A DNA stretch of 64,000 nt. Source: Gnetum montanum (Eukaryota; Plantae; Gnetophyta). The position numbers were made by a program, and so were the translations under genes. Shown here in pieces: positions 13,050-26,216 of this stretch. Below the pieces are notes generated by a model. The model was given only the letters and a program-made list of their open reading frames with translations. It had not been told where the DNA came from and searched no databases. Position 1 is the first letter of the stretch. Every line of letters begins with the position of its first letter. The stretch spans positions 252,986 to 316,985 of the forward strand of contig MNCI01000268.1 of the NCBI GenBank assembly GCA_015680685.1. Reading direction: 5' to 3'.

Positions 13050-15827
13050 TTCTTGAGCAAAGGCTTTAGTGTTGCTAATTACTTGGGATTCCATGAATGA
13101 CTTAAATTATGGTATGTTGATTAATATGTTCTTTGAGAGCTAATTTTAGGGTAAATTATCATTGTCCCAAAAGGAAAAGTTGAATGAATAATGTAAGGTC
13201 CTTCCCATAATGTTTAGAACTTAGTTCATTATGGCACATGCATAGGATTCTAATAAAGAAACTTATTTCTAGCTTTGAATGTGATTTTCCTTATCCATAC
13301 ATCATGACGTTATTTTTTTTACACTTGGTATACCTCATTCATCATTAGAAATATTTGTCAATTTTTTTCTAGCAAATTAGGTATCATAAGACATTCTTTC
13401 TATGCTAGGTTAATGTCTAAGTCAAGGTCACAGGTAGTTGTGAGCATACAAAGTTCATATTGGATTGGATGTTTAGGTAACTTTCTATATACTAACTCAT
13501 AGGGACAATAGCCTATAGGAATTTTTGATGTTTAATGATATGCCTAAAGAACATGGTTGAGTTTGGTACTCCAGTCCTCCCTATATTGACTAATGGTTTT
13601 CATTAAGATTCTTGTAATTCCCCTATTGGTAACCTTAACTTAACCATTTTCTTGGGGGTGATAGGGGGTTTTAAGTTTATTTTGCACTACCAAACATTGC
13701 ATCAACTTCCAAAAAATAGACCTTGTAAAATGTGTTCTGCTATCTTGTTATCTGAAATTAGTGCTCTAGGTACACCAAACTTGTTTACCACTTGTTGTTG
13801 AACAAATAGAGCTGTAGTAATAGAAGTATAGTCAGATATGGTTGTAACATCAGCCCATGTGGTGTAGTAATTAATAGAAACTATGATGTAGGTCTTCTCA
13901 TTCAACATGGAAGTGATGGTATCCATGAAGTCAATTCCCTGAAGGTCAAAATTCTCCATTAGTTGGATTCACTATTGGAGCCATTCCATTCATGTTATCA
14001 TTCCTCTATCTCTTTGAGATCTCTTACATGAATAAGATAAATGATGAGAATTTCTAAATATGTTTGGCCAAAAGTCTTTTGCTATGAGGATCTTTGTGGT
14101 TATCCTTCTTCTTGTGTATTGGCCACCACAAGGACCTTCATGAGAATCCTTAAGAATTTGAATTTGATCTCCATCAAGTGCACAGTATTTTACTAGGCTA
14201 TTAATACAAATCTTGTAGAGATTACCTTCAATTTCCATGTAATGTTTTACCCGGTGAAGAAATTGTTGTTTCTTCTCATTATCCCATTCTACAAAGGTCT
14301 CCTATGTAAGTAGATAAGAGAGGAAGTCATCATACCTATTGATAACCTTTAGTCCTTAAACTTCAATGAACTTACCAAGGAGGAGTTCATATGAAAATTG
14401 ATCAAATAAGGGTTATTAATCTCACTACTATCCCATCTTAACCAAGATAAATGATCAACAACTATGTTTTGATTCATTTTCTATTCACCATGGTAAGTTT
14501 GAATTCTTGTAAGATTACTAACCATCATATAACACAAGGCTTAGCACTGTTTTGTTCATCAAGAATTATATTACACTATGGTCTATGTGTATGAAAATTA
14601 GGTATCTAAGCACATAGTACTTGAATTTATCCAAAGCATATACCACTACCATAAGTTCTTTTTCAATGGCAATGTAGCTAGATATTATATGCATTTTTCA
14701 TTATATAAAATAGCTTGGACTAATTTGGGGTGCATAGAATTAGAGCTTCTACAAGCTTCTTCTTTAAGTACAAGAATGTTTGTTCACATTCCTTAGTCCA
14801 TTTAAAGAATTTATCTTTCTTTGTGAGTTTTACTACTTGTTTGATAATCTTAGAGAGATTTTTTATGAAGCACATGTAGTAACCAATATGACTAAAAATT
14901 TACCTTATATCTTTTACTATTTGAGGTTGTCTTGCTATTCCTTGGATGATCCTTAATTTTTTAGGGTCCACCTCTATTCCTTTCCCTGAGACCCAATGCC
15001 CCAATACAATGCTATCTTGGATCATCAAGTGGCTCTTCTACTAGTTGAGCTATAAGTTTGTCTTCATACATTGTTTTAACAACTACTTAAGATAGTCTAA
15101 TGCTTTCTCAAAATTAATACCATAGGTGAAGAATTTATCCACAAAGACTTCCATACCATGACCAATTTTCTGCTTGAAGATGCTTAATACTAGGTTTTGG
15201 AAAGTTGTAAAAGCATTACAAAGGTTGAAGAACATCTTTTTATATGTAAAAGTTCCCCAGGGACTTGTAAAAGTTATCTTGACCTAGTCTTCTGGTACTA
15301 TTTGAATTTGGTTGTAGCCACTATATCCATCCAAAAAACTATAGTAATGGTATCTTATGATTGTATCCAACACTTGGTCCACAAATGGCAATGGAAAATG
15401 ATCTTTGAATGTTGTCATACAAAATAGTCTAAAATCTATATAAATCCTCCACTATCCTCCTTTTTTTTGCATAATAATGAGTTGATTTACCCACTCACTT
15501 TCTACCATAGGATAGATGAATCTAATTTTGAGAAGTTTTTCAACTTCATCTTTGACAATATGTTTTAGCTTAAGATTCAACCTTCTCTACGACTACCTCT
15601 TTATTTTGATGGTGGTCCTTGTATAGCTTTGATGTTGGCATATTCATAGATCTATTTCAATCAATTCATTATATGACCAAGAAAAAGCTATTGGTCATTT
15701 ATTCACAACTTTTAGTAGCTTTTCTTTTTGTTCTATAGTGAGATTGACACTAATCATTAATAGCTTACCATTATTGAGAAAGACATACTCCAGAGTTGCT
15801 AATAAAGAATTTAATTCAAGGGGTTCC
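13050..15827 (-). pseudogene. pol: Degenerate pol (RT-RNaseH-integrase) of element C
   Basis: ORF fragments 13702-13959 and 13990-14238 are integrase (HHCC and core). RT/RH remnants at 14400-15800. Confidence 0.88.
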
Positions 15828-16786
15828 TATGACATCCCATCCCTAGATGTCATGGCAAACATCAAATATACATTTTATTAAACATTATGTGTAAAAAGAC
15901 AATACACCAAACATCATCTATATGTAACATTCGACATTGTGTAAAGGAAATAATAGAGAAAGTATAGAAAGAGAAAGAAAAGAATGCTTCATTGATTTGG
16001 AATAGAGTATCTAGATTATGCTCTGAAAGTTTTCATTTGGTTTTTCTTCCTTCGAAATCTATCCTCTTAGAGGTAGTCCAACACTGCCGTCATGATTAGG
16101 CCTATCATCAACCATCCTACTTTATTCGACACCCATGACTTGCCTTTACTAGCTTCACCACTCCATGCTTGCATGACCTCTAAGCCTGGGTATAAATGCC
16201 TTAGGTCAAACTCCAAAGGTTACCTTAAGATACATGTCCATTATTATAATTCATCCTTTCAAGTCTCAATTACAACATGTACTTTTGAGTCTTGTTATGG
16301 TAATGATAACACTTGTTATGAAAAGGCATCATCTTTGTTATGTAGCAACATTATTTGGGAATGGGGACATTACAATCTACCCCCATTAGGTTTCATTCAT
16401 CCTTGAATTAGTCCATGTTCACTCTCTTTTTCCAACTTTAATGCTTCTGTTATGAACTTCTACTCCGATAATTTAATTTCTCCTTTTGGACTTGAAGTTT
16501 TTTCTTGCTTATTCTACAAACAAAATACATGTGAGAAAATATATGAAAAATTAAATATTACTTTCTTAATACTCACCTCATTTTCTAAGATAATGAAAAG
16601 AGGGTGAATTAAAAATCTACCATTCACCAATCATCGGTCCTAACCGTGGTCACACAAAGTGCGACTCGTATATAGTTATCCAAGTGCAATTAGGATAAAT
16701 CCTTTATATCCAAATTTCATTACCTTAGATATTTTACTTATCTAATTAAAATATAAATTAAACAATAAAGAAAATAATAAGATTTA

Positions 16787-16998
16787 TCAATAAAAGTAAG
16801 AGTGAGATACGTCCTGATCTTGATCAACCTTATGAATTGATGGGAGTAATTGTAATTCTGCCATAAGTCGTAGACGATCAAATGGTCTTGTTTGAGGTGG
16901 AAGGGCTTGATCTTGGTTCTTCTCCACTTATTCTTTAGAATTAACTCTAGTAACTTGGTAACTTAAAAGAATTTAACATTGTACCAAATATAATCTAG
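16787..16998 (-). pseudogene. CCR4: CCR4-like deadenylase, C-terminal segment (piece 3 of 3)
   Basis: LDYIWYNVKFF*VTKLLELI, then a 1-bp frameshift to VEKNQDQALPPQTRPFDRLRLMAELQL...*. Corresponds to CCR4 TLDYIFY...LLELL...ALPS..SSDHIALLAEF. Confidence 0.85.
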
Positions 16999-17003
16999 GG
17001 TCT

Positions 17004-20000
17004 TGATGAGCAACTAGGTATCCCTATGCCCAACCATACGAATACGAGTGTTCATGGGAAATTCGATCGAACTCTAAGGATTAAGTGCTTATGCACTTAC
17101 ACAGAACAAGGATGGGTTATGTGATCATTGTCTTCCCAAGCTTACATGTAAGGCATAATTGTATGGTTAAGTAAACTCAAGGTATATGATTTTTATTGTT
17201 TTATGTTTTATGTTTTTGATGCTTAAAAGAGAGAAATGAAGTAATTTAATAACTAATTTGATTTAACTAATTAACTATTCCCTAACTAGTCTTAACACTA
17301 GCATCCGTTCCCACTCTCTGAACACATTCTAAACTAGTGTAACACTACTAGGATTACCAAACACTAGTCGTTACTAGGTTACCAAGTGTTCCACGTATGC
17401 TCAAAGTGGTTGTACTAAGTGTGCCAATTTGTTGATAATTAACAATTCAATAGAAATAACATTAATTGACTAATGAGAGTAGAAAATAATAGTAAATAAC
17501 ATATAAATGAAATAATTAACTATTCTGAATGTTGCAAGGTTTATCACAAAGTTCATTTTTATTTCCACACACAAGGTGTACTCAAGTACACAATGCTTGA
17601 ATAAAGATCCATTCACTTTATGAATCCTACTATGGGCACTCAGAAATAATTCTAACTCTAGAAGGAAAAAACTGCAAGAGTTCAGCTAAGGGACTAAAAA
17701 CTAATGTGAAACCAAGTACCCCTTGTCTCTTATTTATAGGCAATAAGACAGGTTCCAACATCGCATGTCTGATATCGCTTTGGCATCTCTAATATCACAT
17801 ATCCAATATCAAGGATCCAATATTGGGGGTCTGATATCATGACTCATCATACCCCCATGATTGAATGAAAACTCATCCTTGAGTTCCTTACAAAATATTG
17901 AAAAGGTATGGGATTATTGACCGAACAACAAATGACGATGACATGGAATGACAGACTCAAAGTGCTTGGTGAACAGATCAACAAACGTATTACAGCATTG
18001 GTGTTAATAACCATTATGGTGAACACTACACATAGATGATATCCAAACCCTTATTCGACAGCTTAAAGAAAGAGAGAGAGAAAAGAAAATTAGACACATT
18101 GCTACCGATGTCAAAATTGTGCACATCGTTGTTCATCCATGGCCACATGATTAAGCATGTTCCTTGCATAAATGATCTAGCTACAATCCATCCTGAGTGC
18201 TCCTTCCTATCCCAATCCATTGTTCATGTGATCACCATCTGCACACACAACATAGTCACAAATTAACAAGGATAGATAAAATATAATGTAATTGATACCT
18301 TGCCTCGATATGAAGCACATTAGTTAGGTTATGGGTATGGCAAATAATAGGTTAGAGGTTTGTAACTTAATAACTACCCAAAGTGTAGGGATGAGATAAG
18401 TAATAAAATGGAAAAATTTGCAATAGGCCCCCATGACAAAGAGTGAACCTCTGGTAGCAATAAGATGGAAAACAAAAGAACAAGGAAGATTAGAGAAATA
18501 ACAATGATGAATCCAATAAAAAGGCATAGAAGGGTAGAGAAAACAGATGTAAAAGATGGGGTGAAATGAGAAATAGTTGAGTGCAAGAAATGTTTAAGGG
18601 AAAGAGCTTAACAATTGCATCAAAAAGGAATGCAAGTGGGTCCTCCCAAAAGCAGGCTCATGCCCTTTATGCCTTGATAAACCCACAAACCAAAGAGTCC
18701 GTAGTCTCTAGGAATGACATTTGGAAGTAATAGTTAAGAAGTTACCCACAAGAATTTACCAAAGAATAACAATGCATCGATAGAGATATAGACTACTCAT
18801 AAAATCGACAATGAGGTGGAATATGGGAAGAAACATGGAAAGAGAAGAGAGAATCGAATGGGATCCCAAAATCAGGGTTGTGTAAAGTCCCTTGTGTAGT
18901 ATGTGATTAAGGTAACTTAATAAAATTCAGCCCAAATCCAGATTAAAACTAACCACATCCAGTGACCTCGCATCAACACACATGACCAACCCTTCCTCTT
19001 AAAGCACCAAGAATGCTTCCACAAAGAAACTACCATTCCAACAAGAGAAAAACTGAGAAGCAGAAAGTGAGAAAGGGCCTTAGTTAGAGGGAACCTTCAA
19101 GCATGGGTAACATGTCTTTCAACTGTTCGTTTATTACGTCTAAGGGGTGTGCTTTGAATTTCTACTAGGTTTTTTTTTAGTGAGAACCACACCATGCAAA
19201 GACTTATTTGATTTAGTCAACTTCCTAATATTGGTCAATAGCAAAATGGTGGAGACCCATTAAAAACATCCAAGTACTCAAGAAAATGGCTAGCATAAAT
19301 GCGTTGAATCCCCCTTGAAGTCACACCCTTCTTAATCCATTTGAATCTTTCCTTGGATTGAAGAATACCAAGCCACAAATTCATTAATAAGTTTTCTTAG
19401 AAAAATGGATAGTACAATTCCAAAACCAAATGAGACCATAGAGTTAAGTGGATGAACGGATGACATGGACTCATTGCCTATTTTATCAAAAGGAACCATA
19501 TCTTAGCATCACATTGAAAGTCAAAGGTAAGAACCAAGCATTAGCAATCAACACTATTATAGTACAATCCACCATCATGAGCACTTATTATATGACAAGT
19601 GAGAGTAAATCAAACAAAATGTAATAGAGAAAGAAAGAGTAAAAATTTTAACAATGGTGTAAAACAAAAACAAGTAAATATCAAAAATGTGTAAAACAAA
19701 AATGTGTAAAATAAAAAAGACAAGAGAAACTGAGGGCTTAGAATAATTAGCATGGGTGGCCATCTCCCCCATGACTGAGTTGGAAGGAGGAGATCCAAAA
19801 TAATGAGTAGGGATGTCCATCAACAGAGGTAGTGTTAGTATTGGCCATTTTGGGCTCATGGAAAGGTTTGGTCTACTGAATGTTGACTAATAATTTCTTA
19901 TCTAGACTTTCAGGTTTATAGATCATCATGGCCCCTAAAGGAAAAGTTTCATGAATGATATAAAATCTTTCCCACAGTGTTTAAAATTTAGTTCATTTTG

Positions 20001-23000
20001 GCACATGTGTAGGATTCCAATAAAGAACCCTATCACTTGGTTGGTATTTGACTTTTCTAATTCTTTAGTCATGAGTTGTTTGTTAAAGGCCTTGTCCAGT
20101 TCATTGGATGATAGGATGGATAATCGAATTTCATCTAGCAAGTTAAGGTTCATTCACCATTCCTTTTGTGCTATACTGATGTCAAGGTTAAGGTCACATG
20201 TTGTAGATAGTATATGGAGCTTAGCTTGGATAGAAAGTGTTGGAAGTTTATTGTACACTAACTCATAGGGAGAATATCCTATAGGGAGTTTCCATGTGGA
20301 GCAGTAGGCCCAAAGGGCATCATTCAGTTTGGTGCTTCAGTCTCACCTATATTTGCTAATGGTTCATATCAAAATTTTTGTAATTTCCATATTGGTGACT
20401 TTGGCTTGACCATTCACTTGAGGATAATATGGTGTAGTTAGTTTATGCTCAACTCCTAAGTGTTACATCAACTTTTGAAAAGTCACACCGATAAAGTATG
20501 TACCATTATCAGAAATAAGTGCATGAGGTACACTAAACCTATTTACGATTTGTTGTTGGAGAAATCATGCAGCAGTAGATGATGTACAGTCTGTAACAGT
20601 GGCTACTTTTTCCCACTTTGTAAAATAATCAACAGCAACAACAATGTATGATTTTCCATTAGACATTGGTGTAATAGGCCCCATAAAATTAATTCCCCAT
20701 ATGTCGAAGGGTTCTAAAGATTGAATCCATTGTTGTGGACCCTCCATTCTAGTAGTCATTCACCCATCACGTTGGCAATGCTCACAAGATTGGATAAAAT
20801 GATGGTTATCTAGAAACAACATAGGCCAATAATATCCTACAAGCAAGATTTTAATGGTTGTTCATCTCCTAGCATAATGACCCCCACAAGGGCCCTCATG
20901 AGCATCTTGGAGAACTTACAATTAATCTGCATCAAGAACACAAAATCATACCAAGCCATCAGAACACACCTTGTAAAGGTATCCGTTAATTTGCATGGAG
21001 AAACTGTTATTTCTTTTTAATGTCTAGGCCTTATGGTGTTTCTTGTATGAGAAGATAGGTAAGAATGCTACTATACCAATTTTTATCTATGGGTGATTGA
21101 TTGTTTATTACAACTACAAAGAGGAGTTCATCAGGGAAGGAATCAGAAATTGGGTATTCGTCCTCTTTGTTGTCCCATCGCAACCGAGATAAATGATCGA
21201 CAACAACATTCTCGGTGCCTTTACAATTGATCATCGTAAGATCGAACTCTTGCAAGATCATGAGCCATCGTATGATGCAAGGGCTCACCATTTGTTTATT
21301 CATAAGGAACTAAATTGCACTATGATCTATGTATACAAATATTTTATAGCCTAATACATAGTGCCTAAATTTTTCTAGTATAAACACCACATCCATTAAC
21401 ACTTTTTCTGTTGTGGTGTAGTTGAGTTTTGCATCAGCAATACTTCGACTTGCATAGTGAACGTGATAAGGAAATTTTTGGTCATCTAACTGTGTAAGTA
21501 CAACTTCTAAAGTAAAATTGGATGTGTTAGTCATTATATGGAATGTTCTGGACCAATCAGGAGCTTGTAGAATGGGTATTTCTATGAGCTTCTGCTTCAA
21601 GGTCTGGAAAGCCAGCTCACATTTCTTGGTCCATTCAAAGGATACATCCTTTTTCATTAACTCTACCAATGGTTTTGCAATCTTTGAAAATTTCTTAATG
21701 AAGCATCTATAATAGCCCATATGTCCAAGGAATGATCGTACATCTTTTATGGTTTTAGGTTGATGAGTGATTCCTTGGATGACTTTAATTTTCTCAAGAT
21801 CTACCTCCATCCCTCTTTGTGAAATTTTATGCCCTAATACAATGCCCTATTGGACCATTAAATAGTTTTTCTACCAATTGAGCCTTAGGTTGGTTTCAAC
21901 ACATCATTTTAGTACTTGCTCTAATTGATCCAATGCTTATTCAAAGTCCACTCCGTAGGTGGAGAAATCATCCATAAAAACCTCCACACCATTCCCTATT
22001 TGCTGCTGAAATATACTAAGAACCAGATGTTGAAATGTTGCTGGGGCATTGCACAAGCCAAATGGCATCTACCTATATGAAAATTTTCCCCAAGGACTTG
22101 TGAATGTAGTCTTGTCTTGGTCTTCTAGTGCTATTTTAATTTGGTTGTACCCACTGTAGCCATCCAAAAAACTATAATAGTAATGCCTTGCAATGGTATC
22201 TAAAACTTGGTCAACGAATGACAATGGAAAATGGTCTTTAAATGTTACCATGTTTAATAGTTTAAAGTCTATACATACCCTCCATTTACCTCCCTTCTTA
22301 GGCACAATGACTAATGGACTAACTCATTCACTATCAACAATGGGGTAGATGAACCTAGCTTTTAGAAGTTGTTCAATTTCTTCTTTAACTACTTGCTTAA
22401 TCTTTGGATTTAGTCATCTTTGTGGTTGTCATCGAGGCTTCATAGAGGGGTCAGTGTAAATTCTATGTTGGCATATCCTAGGATCTATTTTAGTCAATTC
22501 GGGATATGACCAAGCAAAGGCTTTTGACCATTTGTTTATCATCTTCAGTAGTTTTTCTTTTTATTGAGGAGCGTACTTAACATTAATGATTACCAATTTT
22601 CCATTCTTGAGAAATGTATACTCCATACCGATGGGTAATGATTTTAATTTGAGGGGCTCTTTCTTAAACTCGTTAGGGATTTTCAACTTCTCCTAGTTGA
22701 TATTTTCAATGTTAGGACTTGCAAGTTGGCAATGGACTTGCTCTAATGTATCTATGGTATCGATATAGGCATAAGTCAAGCTCTCAGTTGCTTTTATGCA
22801 TAAAGTTGAATTGCTCCCACGATTAGCTGTTAGCCACTGGGTGCCTTCCTGTCTTGTGGCTGCTGCATACAAGCATCTTTGTATGTTAGTTACTTGTGCA
22901 CATTGGTTGCATGAAGGCAATGTTAAGCATTGTACAAACTAGGACTTTTGCACGTAGTTACACCCTGTGTCATTGTATGTGATGCATGGAACTTTCTTCT

Positions 23001-25017
23001 TCTCAATCTTTCCAAACACATTTTCTTTTGATATTTCTAAGGAAATATCATATATGCCTAGGTGTGCATCAATCGTACTTAGCCATGCTCTTCCCATTAT
23101 GATTGCGAAGTCCCCCTTACAATTGTTAACTTGGATCACTAGGAAATCGATTGAATACAACCACCCACAAATAGTGGTGGCAATGTCCTCCACTAGTCCC
23201 AATGGAATCATGATGGACTGGTTGGCCAACTCTAAATGAATGTTACTCTTCTTTAGCGGAGGCAAGTTCCAAGCCTTATACATTTCTTGGGAGATTAATT
23301 AACACCAGAACCTAAATCCAAAAGAGCTTTATAGGGCTCATTTCCAGTGATTTTCAAATAAATAAGGGGACTTCCAAGATCAGAAAATTTCCTAGGAAGA
23401 TGGCCAACTTTAATCCAATTAGTGATGGTGTGGGTTAACATAACAGTATGAGTTAAGTGTGGTTTTTGGTTTGAAGGAAGCTCTGAAGATTCGAATGGTG
23501 GTGAGGCATTTGGAGGATTACCCACTTGTGGTTGTAAGGACTTGGTTGGACTATTGGTTTTAAAGAAAGGTTTTTTCTTTAATCGGTGGTGGAATCCTAA
23601 TGTTCACCACCCTCATTTTCATTTAGAACATACGGAACATCCTAAGACCACTTCCCCTTCACATATTTGTAATGTCTCTCCTATTGCAAATCCCTCTAGT
23701 GTTGTGCTTCCGTGGATTGATAATCTCTTGAATCTTGTTCATGCACAATGTACTCCGATTGTAAGTGCTGCATACCAATTCATGTAAGAGCACGAAGAAG
23801 CATGCCTGGGATTGAGTGATCGTGAGGTAACACTATGTTACCTTCTAAATCACGCCATTTCAGTTGTTCATATTGGTGGAGGATAAGGATAAAGTTTGGT
23901 ATATACTCATTAGGACGAACGTATACAATGCGAAACTATTGGGGCACTAGTGGATCATCATGTGCACTCTACCTCTAATTGTTCATGGTGTTGGACCTAG
24001 TCGGTGAAGCACTCTCATAAGAAGAAGAAGACATTATTGATTATTCAGTGTGCAATACTCTTTTTTGACGACTGTTAGACAAATATCCCTAAGGGTTCGT
24101 TCCAATGATGGAAAGATTTCCTAAGTTCTAATCAGTGCACAAACAAAAAAATCCCTAGAAATGGCACCAATGATGAGTGGCTAGGTACCCCTACACCCAA
24201 CCATATGAATACAAGCGTTCATGCATGATCTGGTTGAACTCCAAGGATTAAGTGCCTATGTGCTTACACAAAACAAGGATGGGTTATGCGATCATTGTCT
24301 TCCCAAGCTTACTTGTAAGGCACAATTGTATGGTTAAGTAAACTCAAGGTATGTGATTTTTATTGTTTTATGTTTTATGTTCTTGATGCTTAAAAGAGAG
24401 AAATGAAGTAATTTAATAACTAATTTGATTTAACTAATTAACTATTCCCTAACTAGTCCTAACACCAGCATCCATTCCCACTCTCCAGACACATCTTGAA
24501 CTAATGTAACACTACTGGGATTACTAAATGCTAGTCATTACTGGGTTACCAAGTGTTCCACGTATGCTCGAAATGATCATACTGAGTGTGCTAATTCATT
24601 GATAATTAACAATTCAATATAAATAAAATTAATTAACTAATGAGAGTAGCAAATAATAGTAAATAACATTTAAATGAAATAATTAAGCTATTTTGAATGT
24701 TACAAGGTTTATCACAAAGTTTGTCTTTATTTCTGGACACAAGATGTGCTCAGGTACACAATGCTTGAATAAAGATCCGTTCACTTTATAACTCCTACTG
24801 TGGGCACTCAGAAATAATTCTAACTCTAGAAGGAAAAAACTACAAGAGTTTAGCTAAGAGACTAAAAACTAATGTGAAATCAATTGCCCCCTATCTCTTA
24901 TTTATAAGCAATGAGACAGGTTCCAACATCTCATGTATGATATCATTTCGGCATCTTCGATATCGTGTATCCAATATCGAGGATTCAATATCAGGGGTCT
25001 AATATTATGACTCATTA
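17004..25017 (-). mobile_element. Athila-like Ty3/gypsy element B (8014 bp); LTRs 17004-17849 and 24171-25017; TSD GGTCT
   Basis: Similar ~846 bp LTRs with TGATGAG...CTCATCA termini. TSD ggtct at 16999-17003 and 25018-25022. Decayed tRNA-Asp PBS TGGTGCCATTTCTAGGGA (~24152-24169). PPT tcatgggggta at ~17850-17860. Confidence 0.95.
19850..24053 (-). pseudogene. pol: Degenerate gag N-terminus + PR-RT-RH-INT of element B (capsid region absent)
   Basis: ALLDLGSGVN protease, KWRVCIDF..FLDGYSGYNQI RT, KDVRSFLGHMGYY..RH and [12 protein letters not shown] integrase in the ORF track. Confidence 0.9.
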
Positions 25018-25146
25018 GGTCTCAATGAAGAATGTTGTTGATCCATCTTCATTAATCATAGTAGAGTAATTGGTAAACTATGGTTCTTTATGAGTACTAT
25101 CCATCAACATCATCTGTTCCTAAATTCTAGAATCTGAATTATCTAT
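25018..25146 (-). pseudogene. CCR4: CCR4-like deadenylase, middle segment (piece 2 of 3) between elements B and A
   Basis: 43 codons IDNSDSRI*EQMMLMDSTHKEP*FTNYSTMINEDGSTTFFIET, in frame with both neighbouring pieces once one TSD copy is removed. Corresponds to CCR4 EQQRRRLDP..EPLFTN...FIGT. Confidence 0.85.
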
Positions 25147-26053
25147 TGATGAAGTGCTAAACAGTCGATGTGTTAACTAGGCCATGTATATGGGACCCCG
25201 TATACACGGCCATATCGACGCGGCCCCGTTGATGCATCCTTCCATGAGTCGACGTGGCCCCATTTACGTGGAGCCTGTTTTAGCCTATAAATAAATGGGC
25301 TACCGCCATACTTATGTACCTTTTTGGCAGTTGTAGCGAAGCTCTTCCAATTTGTTTCCATGAGAGTTAGAATATTTACCAAGTGCCCGCAGTAGGTGTA
25401 AGAAAGGTGCTCGACTCTTTATTTGAGTGTTGATGTACCTGAGCCCATTTGCACGAAGGACAATAAAGATGAGCTTTTTAAGAATTCCTTGCAACAATTG
25501 GACTTAATCATTTAATGCATTTTATAGTTTAATATTTCTATGCTTTAATAGTTCATTAAGTCTCTATTGTTATTATTCTAATCGCTATTACTCTTTTATA
25601 GTTCGTAGAAACCATAAGTACGACCATCTCGAACGTAAACCCAACACTTGGCAACCCAGTGACGCTTAACGTCTGGTAGCCCAGTAGTGGTTAGCAAATG
25701 CTCAGGATGTGCCCAGAAGATGGGATCAGATACTTATGTTAAAAAATTTAAGATATAGATTAGAATAACTATAGATTACATAATATTTCATTCCTTACTT
25801 TCCATTCCAAGAATTAGATGCTAGAAGATAAAGTGAAAAATCCATAAAAATCAGTTGCCTTAATCTCACTTAACCATCGCAATCAGAACATCACAAGTGA
25901 GGTTGGGAAGACAACAACTGTTCTAACAAGAGGTTTTGCTGGTTAAGATCTAGTGTATGCAAAGTGCTTATAGTCTACGGAATTTGACCGAGTCGGGTAT
26001 GAACACCCATGATTTGCATGGTTTGGACGTAGGGGTATCTAGCTGCTCATCAT

Positions 26054-26071
26054 TGGCACCGTTGTCGGGGA
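26054..26071 (+). promoter_or_regulatory. Primer-binding site (tRNA-Asp type, Athila hallmark)
   Basis: TGGCACCGTTGTCGGGGA, 1 nt after the 5' LTR end. Confidence 0.9.
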
Positions 26072-26216
26072 CTATTAGTCTTACATGCGCCATTTAACCT
26101 AAGAAACATTATTATTCATGTCATTGGAAAGGACCCAGGATAGTAAGATTTACACACACTAGGCGAACTAAGTAAAAAGTAAGGTACACCAAGTAGTGGA
26201 TCATCTAATATCCAAC

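Noticed and set aside
16861-16940. Unshifted frame RTKIKPFHLKQDHLIVYDLW as the catalytic DH end
   Set aside because: The shifted frame (ALPPQTRPFDRLRLMAEL) matches the CCR4 C-terminus far better, so a 1-bp deletion is more likely.
17004-17020. TGATGAG as a hammerhead ribozyme core
   Set aside because: It is simply the Athila LTR terminus; no flanking helices or GAAA arrangement are evident.
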